Of a DNA stretch of 64,000 nucleotides, positions 9,401 to 17,470 are shown piece by piece. Within the stretch, counting starts at the first letter, position 1. Each line of letters opens with the position of its first letter. Source of the DNA: Nemertoderma westbladi (lineage: Eukaryota > Animalia > Xenacoelomorpha); the NCBI GenBank assembly GCA_032718475.1, contig JAUCBJ010004813.1:37016-101015 (forward strand), in the 5' to 3' direction. The notes under the pieces are model-generated. The model made no database searches. It saw only the letters and a program-made list of their open reading frames with translations, and was not told the origin of the DNA. The position numbers were made by a program, and so were the translations under genes.

Positions 9401-11584
9401 AATGTAACAGAACAGATTGACTATCCATTAGAGAAAACGGTCTATTGGACCGACGCTTTACTCGTGTTAGAGTATATAACCAATGAAGTCTGTCAGTTCA
9501 GCGTCTTCGTTACCAACAGGGTAGCCATCATACTTAGTCGCACGACGATGGACCAATGGAGACATTGCCCCGGAACGATTAATCCAGCAGACATCGCTTC
9601 CCGAGGAGCGACTCCAAAGGAATTGGTAAATACTCCCGAATGGTTAGGAGGACCCGACTTTCTCTACAGAGAAGAAGAAGAATGGCCTCCCCATCTCACA
9701 ACAGCAGAGATCAGACAGGCCAAGGGAGCGGAGAAAGTTAAACCCAAAACTCGAGCGAGTAAATCGAAGTTGTTTAAACCTGCGGTTGATCTATCTGTAT
9801 TATTTACTTCCGGAGAGGATGCTTTGGATCAGAAACCCACCGCCACGGATAAAGAAGTCTTGGAAATTCGTGACAAGGATTGGAAATCTGGAATACCAGA
9901 TATCTCACAAGGACTCTCACCTCTCTTGCAGAGAGCGATACGTCACTACAGTTCCTGGAATCGGCTCTGTAAAGCCGTCACCTATTTAAAACGATGTTTT
10001 CATCATCGTTACTCCGGGACCAAGACCAATAGGGATGATGCTCCATCAACATCTGCACGAGTCCATGTTGTTAAAGATCTTCCCCAATACAAGGTATCCG
10101 ACAGGTTTCTAAAGGAGAAGATCAGTTACCAGGAGCATGATGAAACCAACAAACAGATGCTGAGACTTCTACAATGTTATGAGGATTCCGATAAGTATTT
10201 CCTGTTGTTAAGAAATCCACAGATGCGCTTAAGGGATCACTTCTCTAGTACCATGATAGATGGGTTAATACGTGTTGGAGGTAGACTGACCAACGCTCCA
10301 TTATCCTTTGACACTAAGTTTCCCATCCTCATTAGAAATCTTGACATACAAATCAAGATGATTGTAGATGTTCATAGCAAACTGTACCATGCTGGTAGAG
10401 AACGAGTTCTGAGCGAAATTCGCACTCGCTACTATTTTTATAAACCCCGTAGGGCTCTGAACCAAGTTCTTAGGAACTGCATGCCCTGTAGGAAAGCATT
10501 CAGTAGGCCTTTAACACAGCGAGAGGCAGAATTACCTAGGGAAAGAGTAAGCTTCTATGAACCACCCTTTACTAATACCGGTGTGGATTTATTTGGCCCT
10601 ATTGAAGTATATCGTGCCCGGACTATAGTCAAGAGATGGTGTGTCATCTTCATTTGTATGACTTGTAGAGCTATCCATCTCGATATGGTAAACGATCTAT
10701 CCACCAACAGCTTCGTGTTGAGTTTACGACGACAGATCGCTCGCTTCGGAACCAGTAACACGATGAGATCGGATAAGGGAACGAACTTCATTGGCGCCAA
10801 CAACGAAATTCAAGCTTACGTAAAGGACTGGAACAAAAGACAGGTGGACGATCAGCTAAGGATAACAGCGTCTAGCTGGACCTTCAACGCCGCCGACGCC
10901 CCTTGGTGGGGAGGAAGTTGGGAGAGATTGATTAGGAGCGTGAAGACTGCGTTCCACTTTATTGTGCCTTGTCGCGCTTATCTCACCGACGAACTATTGC
11001 GGACGTTAATGGAGGAAATCGCCGCCTATCTCAACGAAAGACCGCTTATGCCAGTCTCTTCAAGTCCGGATTCCCTGGAAGCGCTAACACCCGCGCACTT
11101 TCTACTGAAGAAACCCGTAGCCATGCTCCCACGATCGGAGATCACAGACGGAGACGAGTACTGCCGTCAAACCTGGCAACTTATGCAGTTGCTATCCCGT
11201 CGTTTCGCTGACCATTTCGAGAAACATTACCTGCCCACTCTACAACTTCGAACTAAGTGGTTTGCGCAGCAAGAAAACGTCAGCGCTGGAGACATGGTGC
11301 TTATTGTGGACCCCGATCTCCCACGTAAGCGATGGCAAACAGGACGTATCATCGAGACTCATATCTCGAGCGATGGTTTGGTGCGATCAGTAGAGCTCGT
11401 CGTCATGCGTCGTAACTTTAAGAAACCAGGGATAGTCTTTGAGACTCAACAGCTCAACCGCCCAGTGGGTCGTTTATGTTTACTGGAAAGAGACAGAGAG
11501 CTCTCCGGAAACTATGGAAGGCAAGAAACCCTTCCCACGACCACTTCCCTAATCCAACCGACATCTAGGGACTCCCCAACTTAA
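3431..11584 (+). CDS. BEL/Pao Gag-Pol polyprotein, 2717 aa, uninterrupted
   Basis: Knuckles CALCDGTHRLNMC / CYNCLRQGHQRRTC / CAKCGAKHHILLH; protease ALLDSGS; RT FASDIEGMF and IYMDDNL; RNase H VFGDAS, PRAEL, WTDA, NPADIASRG; integrase HSKLYH..CMPC, GVDLFGP, SDKGTNF, GGSWERLI. Confidence 0.97.
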   Translation: MSDTKQNLSDSLLDVTICDSDRDVEPSGRKFSSPPTVRKVTPPVVIREPRLVQHRRSIIGTRAQVKRNQEAAEQQQPASQELTSQRPNSSSSEDTVELTPERGARMTDEAYSDPLLILPAAVLTRLLIAVEEHQIDWARSQRSTRDSYAGYTREELKSMVESQWNFPGPGLPFDLSEAAWEDIHRMGVAKETIDPAVWKRSAAGYAQGFFSSIERLKEQLFQQPQGPQEQGLLLYQVRERILRIRLILSSFEEASKRRQDTSLQVAIKTWFQRVSLQVQGTAQWKAQLEERSTHGESTDATFSQVESEATAEKPHKRDAIDIYLSDYQRFLGDDELRRMLEGLSPNSEGTKLVLDAIDVEMRAANQAKFDEQLRITRVQEEQVKKKRIEDRKTAAVAAAEAERKAAVAAAEAEAEAERKAAEAEAEAERKAAEAEAEAERKVAAAAAEAERKAAVTAAEAVAEAERRASEETTQLELENIQENQDCINKQLTASNMQMMNRSTPKRQGYTSSEEGDTTDTEGKGNRSRLSRRKRTFHRQKLPDLPPAVRRQLNNTNLGSTEPTDQIIKIERLPTIVDEPEIIRPVLEITPSVIDTPVLPETTSKFPLHSTKLPVPRRTAQETVQVLDPERNIHNLSPVVPRPPATTLATPASAVEWVDERRRGMDLLLGQMQETVQQFKGTVRESRLELQEVQQSIALERDKLVNTQRGIPPPSVTMCQPVRSEVSHAQGVEPTRIYTASEVETPIVNPIKGNYRPVDNDIPYRADHNPRHLYTDNSILNNTMAQESFTRQMARTEARQAVKVGEIVKFNGDEMKWLPFNEYYKDNIQNSVLSNGEKLRFLIECLEGSPKSMALKFIGHPDGLRQVWDTLNIRYGNRNNIAKYLYAKLVAPRKFISSGIIEFSDEIQEICRQLDWLGKSHEYQSSMVIGAVASTLPKGGVGTRWDKKVLYMMEQQRRDPTMADLMSFLDGEVKLQLLKLSREKTPENKVSEKPVSRRKVTPVCYTDDGESQTSQGEDSGKDTDRSYYVNKMPKDQVSKFKSRTNDRREQVRKTPPTSPKRIPVRKPEEKASVHNVTQNKVSNIKPKCALCDGTHRLNMCDEFLKKSLTERREVMWDKRLCYNCLRQGHQRRTCFSDIRCAKCGAKHHILLHAEFDRNSPSQVSDSELHVQFSDVNDTDQSEMEGFYTDEFSDENESCYMINTAVYRALTYEKDTDSDFTLTTSERQPSWKEPSSNVGIREFPVVQVRVHGPKRSYVVNALLDSGSTGTFIDKELAEDIFAGQPKFQTKLNMSGIMQVWKSTITADYYVGALSTPQDELGEHSIRSVKMVAIKNFATTQADLYNWDEDESIQHLNIPRFQTDYPGVQILIGQNAHEALETLEKRPAQPQPLQTYAVRTRVGWYFTGPSRRTLRERLPQENVCQVSEWEESTSEGDDSTEGIPYSSDNDDVHQLFDEENTIDLLKENEAWQNQVNLCQLLYPSEQEAYNDELNDVIERHNAKTRDEHAVRFFTQEAVEPNSYDKALSVEEERAKQIQETTTRFLKDQGRYEVGLPFRKKEPKFINNRPLAEKRIAQLHRRLTANSSAKAMYQTQLEKFISKGYAERVPEETPVTERTYYLTHHYVPKPGKPHEVRVVFDGSALYMGQSLNSELLPGPNLLQSLLGILLRLRQYSIAFASDIEGMFLQVKVLDRDRDSLRFLWWPEGDLNQKPVEYWMTIQAFGIISSPSNACSVVRTTAEDNREAFSKEVIDNIKRDIYMDDNLKSLPSVEEAIEVAKGTVECLKRGGFRLTKFTSNSREFLESIPAEDRGAKDLDLIKDDLPETKTLGLKWDTERDILFFQLKQRDNPVRTKRICLSILSTYFDPLGFISPVILIARSLVQQMWLENHSWDDPLKGELLKKWMEWEDSLPAIEDFIISRSYFGHVLPTYSYQLHVFGDASDMGIGIVAYLRVETPDGIKVALVTSKALINNKLKVPRAELKAALYATAIGRNVTEQIDYPLEKTVYWTDALLVLEYITNEVCQFSVFVTNRVAIILSRTTMDQWRHCPGTINPADIASRGATPKELVNTPEWLGGPDFLYREEEEWPPHLTTAEIRQAKGAEKVKPKTRASKSKLFKPAVDLSVLFTSGEDALDQKPTATDKEVLEIRDKDWKSGIPDISQGLSPLLQRAIRHYSSWNRLCKAVTYLKRCFHHRYSGTKTNRDDAPSTSARVHVVKDLPQYKVSDRFLKEKISYQEHDETNKQMLRLLQCYEDSDKYFLLLRNPQMRLRDHFSSTMIDGLIRVGGRLTNAPLSFDTKFPILIRNLDIQIKMIVDVHSKLYHAGRERVLSEIRTRYYFYKPRRALNQVLRNCMPCRKAFSRPLTQREAELPRERVSFYEPPFTNTGVDLFGPIEVYRARTIVKRWCVIFICMTCRAIHLDMVNDLSTNSFVLSLRRQIARFGTSNTMRSDKGTNFIGANNEIQAYVKDWNKRQVDDQLRITASSWTFNAADAPWWGGSWERLIRSVKTAFHFIVPCRAYLTDELLRTLMEEIAAYLNERPLMPVSSSPDSLEALTPAHFLLKKPVAMLPRSEITDGDEYCRQTWQLMQLLSRRFADHFEKHYLPTLQLRTKWFAQQENVSAGDMVLIVDPDLPRKRWQTGRIIETHISSDGLVRSVELVVMRRNFKKPGIVFETQQLNRPVGRLCLLERDRELSGNYGRQETLPTTTSLIQPTSRDSPT
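4610..4835 (+). repeat. AEAEAERKAA coding repeats in the Gag N-terminal extension
   Basis: Repeated GCAGAAGCCGAAAGAAAGGCG-type units; fewer units in copy 2 (~42285-42425). Confidence 0.85.
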
Positions 11585-13234
11585 TATCGTTCGGAGTGGG
11601 CGTATGACTCTATTATTTTATATTATTTTATTATTTTTATAATTATGTGTGTATTACTATGTAATTTTATTATAATCGTTTTATTTAATTTAGTAGAATA
11701 TTATTTAGCGATTATTTTGTAGAATAGTGCAATATATTCGTGTTTATTACGTACGTAATTACTTATATTATATTTGGTGCGATGGCGAGAAATAATTCTT
11801 TTTCTCTTTCCTTACTGCCCGTATTCTATTATAAATACGTAACTACAGTAAGATGAAATGTCCGTACTTAGTAAAGTACAATAAAGCCACTACTATATTT
11901 AAGTATTATTGGTGGGCAGAGTAATAGGAATGCAAAGTTCAGATCCTCGTGTCTCGGCTAAACCAAGCTCTGGGTAGACCTTGGAAACGACTTGCCTCTT
12001 CACACTGACATTGCTTCGTGCGATATTGCTCTCATACCGTATATTAAATAATACATATAGTAGCGTGATGTCCCTTTAACAGTAGCGTATAACGCAAAAT
12101 AAATCTGTTAAACCCTTTGACCATCTGTAATTCTAGTCGATTAAGATATCGCGGCACCCACCGATATACTTGAAAGACAAATTTTAGAATCAGTGGTTAA
12201 CGTCCCCAGACAAGTTCTGGAATAAATTGGTGCCCATCTCAAATATTAATTATTTAATATTTGCAAATCTAATAAATCAAAATCTGTAAAATTCAGATCC
12301 TTCAACAATTCTAGTCAATTAAGATATCGTAGCATTTACCGATATTCTTAAAAAGACAATTGTCATAGAATTAAGGATCTTGCGTCCCCAGACATGTTCT
12401 AGAATCAAAATATGTCAATTTAATTATCAAATAATAAAATTTCAGGGAATAAATTTAAATTCATGTCGCTTAATGAATTTAATAAATTGCCATTTTTACG
12501 CAATTTATAACATTCCCAAAATTCCATTAATTAATAGATCAAGGGAGCGGAGATTTATCTTATTATGCGTATGAGTGTGCGAAAGTCTCCCAAACCTAGT
12601 CAATAGCCGATAAAATTCATAAAGTCATGTATAAAACAGAACATTGACTATTAAAGAATACTATTAAATAACATCCCAGATCTGTATGCATTGGAATTAC
12701 TCTAATTCTACCGCTAGCTTTGCATAATGTCACCATAGCAACAACCACGCTAGAATTAGAATTGAGTTAAAAGAACAATAGAAAGCTTGTCCCATTGAAT
12801 AGCATAGGGAATAAATAGCGCACTACTAGTATCCAAGGATACATAATAATACGGTGACATTCTGGAAGGCATTGACTAATGGACAAATGGCCCGAATGTG
12901 CGTAGTTGTGACCAGTTGTGTGGTATTTGTGAGTTTATAGGTGAATGTTACTGCTAAAGTGTGTTTACAGTAGCTAGTCGCAATCGTAAAAGTAACCTAA
13001 CTCTCCAAGGAAAACCTGAAGTACATCTAAGCCTTTGGGACGGACAGTTGAGTGACTTGTGCCGGTTATCGTTGTCGTTGTACGGCTACGTCGTTGGCGA
13101 AAGTATAGCGACAGCGGTACATCGGCGCTGAGAATCTCATACTGTCCGGGGGCAAGGGAGAAGTAGGCAGCGACGCCCGCTCGCCTAATACATATATAAA
13201 CTCATTATAATATTGGTGAACTCGTATAGCAGAT
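11585..13234 (+). other. 1.65-kb non-coding spacer between pol and ORF2 with conserved, apparently structured blocks
   Basis: Homologous to 49162-50782. Contains a >100-nt identical block, a duplicated ~100-nt motif and covarying stems. Confidence 0.75.
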
Positions 13235-13612
13235 ATGACTGAATTAATAGAAGATGATCTTGGTATCAGGGAGAGATATATTCTACCTTTACAAGCGTTT
13301 GTCGATAGCTTGATACGCGGCGACGCTGATCTAACTACTACGGAGGACGATGGTCGTTATATCGAACCGCCAATGTCCCAGGAGCAACTTACGCGTGAAT
13401 TGGACTATAGAAAATTCACTGCTCGCTATACGCATTGTAATGGTATGTATATGGACTTCTTAACTACCGGCCATCCTATTGATTTACACGACACCGACGA
13501 TGTCGACACCGAAAGGGAAATGGTTTTATTTAAATATCATACCCAGCGGAATCGAAGCGACAAATTGAGAATAGAACACGAGAACTCTATTCGAAATCAA
13601 CTCGAAGGATAG
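13235..13612 (+). pseudogene. 5' fragment of extra ORF2 (copy 1), truncated
   Basis: MTELIEDDLGIRERY... matches the start of 50783..53911. A premature TAG is followed by a foreign replacement sequence. Confidence 0.9.
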
Positions 13613-13624
13613 AACGTGGAAGAA

Positions 13625-14438
13625 GGTTGATGCGGACAAATAAAAGAGAACCACTGGAGAAGAGACATGGGTTAATGTCCAGGGTCCATAATGTGAATAG
13701 TTTTCCCCGGGGCACGGGTGCTCGCGGGCGGTCTCCTTCGGGAGGCTGTAACTTTCTCTTCCTTCATCGTTTTCCTGTAATTATTGTGATCAGTGTCACA
13801 ATTAAAAGGCAAGAATGAATGATGATGTGGCGGAAAACACATCCATTGTGGTATCTCATGGATACTATCGTATATCCTCCCTCCTCTCTACTCCTCTTAC
13901 CCTCTTATACGTTGTTACTAAAGATACGACATATTTCGTCCCACCTTCTCTTCCCAACGTGCTCGGAGCTTCGGGAAACGAGCACTAAACCTCCCATCCC
14001 TTACTGTTAATCTGGATGCTAATATTGGTGTCCGCACCTCCTGTCCATGTGCCATTCTGTTGATATTTATGATATCAACTTCCACCCTCTCGTTGTTGAT
14101 TAGATAATCAACCACCAAGGATTTCCTTAAATCCACAACCGTGATACAAGGACTGAAAGGACACGCAGTTAGTAGGTGAACAACTGGTACCATTGTGTGT
14201 CATAAATCTGGTTGTTCACCTCCCTCAATGATTGGAGATATAAATCTTATAATCTGTAGAACAACTGAGGCATTGAACTGGTTGTTCCCTCATCGCACTG
14301 GGGATAAATTCAGTTGGAGATAGTCCTCGAATGTAACAATCCTCCTACTGAGATCGTATTTCTGAATATTTAGAATGCGAAATAGTTTTTTCCTCTGCTC
14401 TACCATCGCTGTCGGAGAACATATTAGGCATACAACAG
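13625..14438. other. ~814-bp unrelated sequence replacing ~2.08 kb of ORF2
   Basis: Homology to copy 2 stops at GAAGAA (13624 = 51172) and resumes at GAATATGGA (14439 = 53257). The intervening DNA has no match elsewhere in the window. Confidence 0.85.
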
Positions 14439-14442
14439 GAAT

Positions 14443-16218
14443 ATGGAGAACATTCCATATCCCTTCGTTGATACTCAGCTGATTGCCCCTTGGGCCGAAG
14501 GCCGAGGTTTCTTTCGCACTATGTATGCCAATACACCCAGCGACATTACTAAGGTACAACGGACATCCATCGGACATCTTGCCTTTCAAGAATATGGGTG
14601 GAATTTCAAAGTTGGAAATCCTACCAATTACCAGCAAGTATATGGAGATCATTACTCTCGTTTATATTTTGATGGACCATTAACTGCGCCTGGTGCCGTA
14701 TATAGCTTTATGAGTGTTCCACTTCGCCCTTCCTTAGCTATATACACGATCTTTGAAAACGCTGCACTTGCCGGTTGGCTAGCCGATGTGTGCAGTCGTA
14801 CCATACGCGCTCATCCCTTAATACTTGGAACTAAACTCGCCAAGTTAGACGAACACAATAAGTTCATACGTTTCGAATGTTTCCGGCGCTTTCTGACTCC
14901 GTTCCGTAACGTCGATAGTCAGTTCAGGGACCGCGCGCTGACCAAACTCAGTCTGAGAGACTCGGCTGCGGAGAAACTGAGTAGCGCTGGATTTGCCGTG
15001 TTTCAAGACGTTTGTATACAGAACTCACATTCATCTGTTATACAAAGACCCCGAATACCTACAGGTTATTCTGTCGTGGAAATACAGACAGTGGATCCAC
15101 TTACTGAGACAGACGCACCCACTTCGTCTATACAACTGGAGGATGAACCAGTGTGCTTGGAATCAGAAGCGATTCAGCCTACAACTTCTCGGAGCAGTGA
15201 CAATGATTATGTCATAGAGTGGTATCAAGGTCCACAGCGTCTCACAGCGTACGATTATCGACACGCCAACTACGTTTCTCGAAAACGTTGTCGATTATGC
15301 GCATCGAGAGACCACTTCACTCCTCTAGACTCGAGCGTACCTTGTTCCTATTTCCTCGAACAACCGATGATGGAAATATATTGTGCTTATTGCCGGCTTA
15401 ATAACTCTCATATATTTGCCATCTGCCCACAATTTATGACTCAATGTCACTACTGTCAACTTAAAGGACATGAAAGTTACAATTGTCCCTTTAATCGCGA
15501 TTTAGAGAGCGTAGACGAGATGATCACCCTGCGATACATCCGAGCTTGGGAAGCGAACGCCGATTTACATTGCGAATCCCGACATCGCTATTACCCTGGA
15601 CGAGCTTACGAGGGAGTTTACGCGTTCCATCCTTATCTATTCGCGTCGATTGAACAGAAAACACGCGTACCAAGTTACGAGTTAATGAAGCGTGTTGGTG
15701 AGTGTATTTCCACCAAGTTTGTCAGGAAATACCTTAGAAACGTTAACCCTAATGATATAACCACATATCACCTGATCAATTTTATCCGTCAGGACCCTGA
15801 GTATGGCGACATCTTTGTGAACTCGCATCCTGAACTACAGGAAATATCTCGGCGACCATATGAATATCGAACCCGAGAACGCGAGCTGGAGAGAACCATT
15901 AAACCGAGAAAGTTCCTCACCACTCACGGTCCACCCACCGCTAGTGTCCAGACGACCCGTCAAGGACCCGTAGGAGCTGCTGTCCTGAGACGCGCTCTAA
16001 AGGTCGTTAGACCTCGCTCTACTGAGGTTGATATTAATCAACCAGGTACTTCGACCGGCGGGTATACCGATCGTAACCCTGCGCCTTCTGATGCAATTAT
16101 ATTGCACCCTTCGCCTAGGAGCTACAGCCCTCCTCGTAAAGTGGCTCGCCCCAAAGAGAAAAGGACTCTTGCTAGCTTTAAAAAACTGCGTAAACGCCGT
16201 TCGCGCAAGAAAGACTAA
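14443..16218 (+). CDS. C-terminal 591 aa of ORF2: end of the exonuclease-like fold, CCHC zinc knuckles, basic tail
   Basis: Open frame homologous to 53261-55035; contains CRLCASRDH, CAYCRLNNSHIFAIC, CHYCQLKGHESYNC and ends KKLRKRRSRKKD. Confidence 0.8.
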   Translation: MENIPYPFVDTQLIAPWAEGRGFFRTMYANTPSDITKVQRTSIGHLAFQEYGWNFKVGNPTNYQQVYGDHYSRLYFDGPLTAPGAVYSFMSVPLRPSLAIYTIFENAALAGWLADVCSRTIRAHPLILGTKLAKLDEHNKFIRFECFRRFLTPFRNVDSQFRDRALTKLSLRDSAAEKLSSAGFAVFQDVCIQNSHSSVIQRPRIPTGYSVVEIQTVDPLTETDAPTSSIQLEDEPVCLESEAIQPTTSRSSDNDYVIEWYQGPQRLTAYDYRHANYVSRKRCRLCASRDHFTPLDSSVPCSYFLEQPMMEIYCAYCRLNNSHIFAICPQFMTQCHYCQLKGHESYNCPFNRDLESVDEMITLRYIRAWEANADLHCESRHRYYPGRAYEGVYAFHPYLFASIEQKTRVPSYELMKRVGECISTKFVRKYLRNVNPNDITTYHLINFIRQDPEYGDIFVNSHPELQEISRRPYEYRTRERELERTIKPRKFLTTHGPPTASVQTTRQGPVGAAVLRRALKVVRPRSTEVDINQPGTSTGGYTDRNPAPSDAIILHPSPRSYSPPRKVARPKEKRTLASFKKLRKRRSRKKD

Positions 16219-16288
16219 CTGTTTAGAGTATTTATGTATATTAGAAATTGTGATTTTGTATATTTTATAGACTTAAATCCCATTTTCT

Positions 16289-16296
16289 GGGAGCGG
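16289..16296 (+). promoter_or_regulatory. Short polypurine tract GGGAGCGG
   Basis: Abuts the TG of the 3' LTR; identical in copy 2 (55106-55113). Confidence 0.75.
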
Positions 16297-17470
16297 TGTA
16301 AAAGCTTTTGTGGGATAACTGATTCGTTTGCCTTGCTAACCAGTTCCCCCCAGTCGCTAGAATACTCTAAAAAGGGATCTATAACTCGAATAGCGCAAGC
16401 TACCGGCTGATTGGCTGATTCGCTGTGCGAAGGGATCTGGGCTACGTTTGATTGTCCAACCAGCTTGGGAAAGTATCTGCCAATAGAATTTGAGTTGATT
16501 TTGATTTCGACCTATCACAGATGTACTGAACTGAATTTTCCTATCTGTATGCTCTTTCTCTGTGTTGGGTGGAAGCCTTTGTAAATAAGGTTATTCTTAT
16601 CAGTTTTCAGTGTTGTTGGTCTTTCTTTCCTGAGCCAGGAGAGAACGGCTTGTAAATATTTTGTGCTTTTCTGTTTTAGTCTAACACTAGTAGGCTTAAT
16701 TATAAAGGGCATATATCCGTTATCAATCCATAACATAACAAAACAATCAATGCAAACCGCAAACTAATGAACTTAACGCACACTGAATCACTGTGCATAC
16801 TTTTATATTGTTATACTGCTATTTACTGTCAGTTCTTCATAATATGGTTGATGAATTATTATATTTGGAATAACGATAAATAACCCCGAAACCCAATATT
16901 CTTGATATACCGAAGGTAAGAGAGAAAGGTTACATATAACGATTGTGACTTATGTTAAAGTGGTTTGAAGTGAATCTAATGTTATTTGATAGACCCTACA
17001 TGAGTCAGTCCGTGTTCCTTTTATATATAACTAAAATCAGTGAAGATCGGTGTGCAGTATTGTGCAGCATTGTGTATGAGTGAGCCTGATAACGAAGCAT
17101 TTCCTAAAGAATGCGCCATATATGTGAATTATAACTAAGCCATATCGTTGTGAGTAGTTTAAGTCATAACTCTGTTTGTATAGATAAAGCGCCACGTCCT
17201 AAAGGAACTGTTAATATTCCCCGAAGGTGAATAATATTGTCAGAGATTATATAATACTGTCAGTCGAATAATACATTAGGCTTACATAGCAATAAAATTA
17301 AGCCGTCGAACCCAATCTCCCGGGTATATCCAGCGGGTGAATGATCGCGCACAGATTGGTTTCGACTAGTGTAGTGAATTAAATACTTGTCATAGACTAA
17401 AGGTGATTTATTATCTAGAAGACATCCTAATTTGGCGGGTTAAACTGCCAAAGGTCTGAAAGCGCGAACA
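16297..17470 (+). repeat. 3' LTR of copy 1 (1174 bp, TG...CA)
   Basis: TGTAAAAGC...GCGCGAACA; matches the 5' LTR. Confidence 0.96.

Larger units (their letters stand above)
1..17470 (+). mobile_element. BEL/Pao LTR retrotransposon, family A copy 1 (~17.5 kb); gag-pol intact, extra ORF disrupted
   Basis: Near-identical LTRs at 1-1176 and 16297-17470. The single gag-pol ORF has BEL/Pao order (triple zinc knuckle, PR, RT, RH, IN). The first 6 nt of the 5' LTR (TGTAAA) are inferred to lie just outside the window. Confidence 0.96.
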
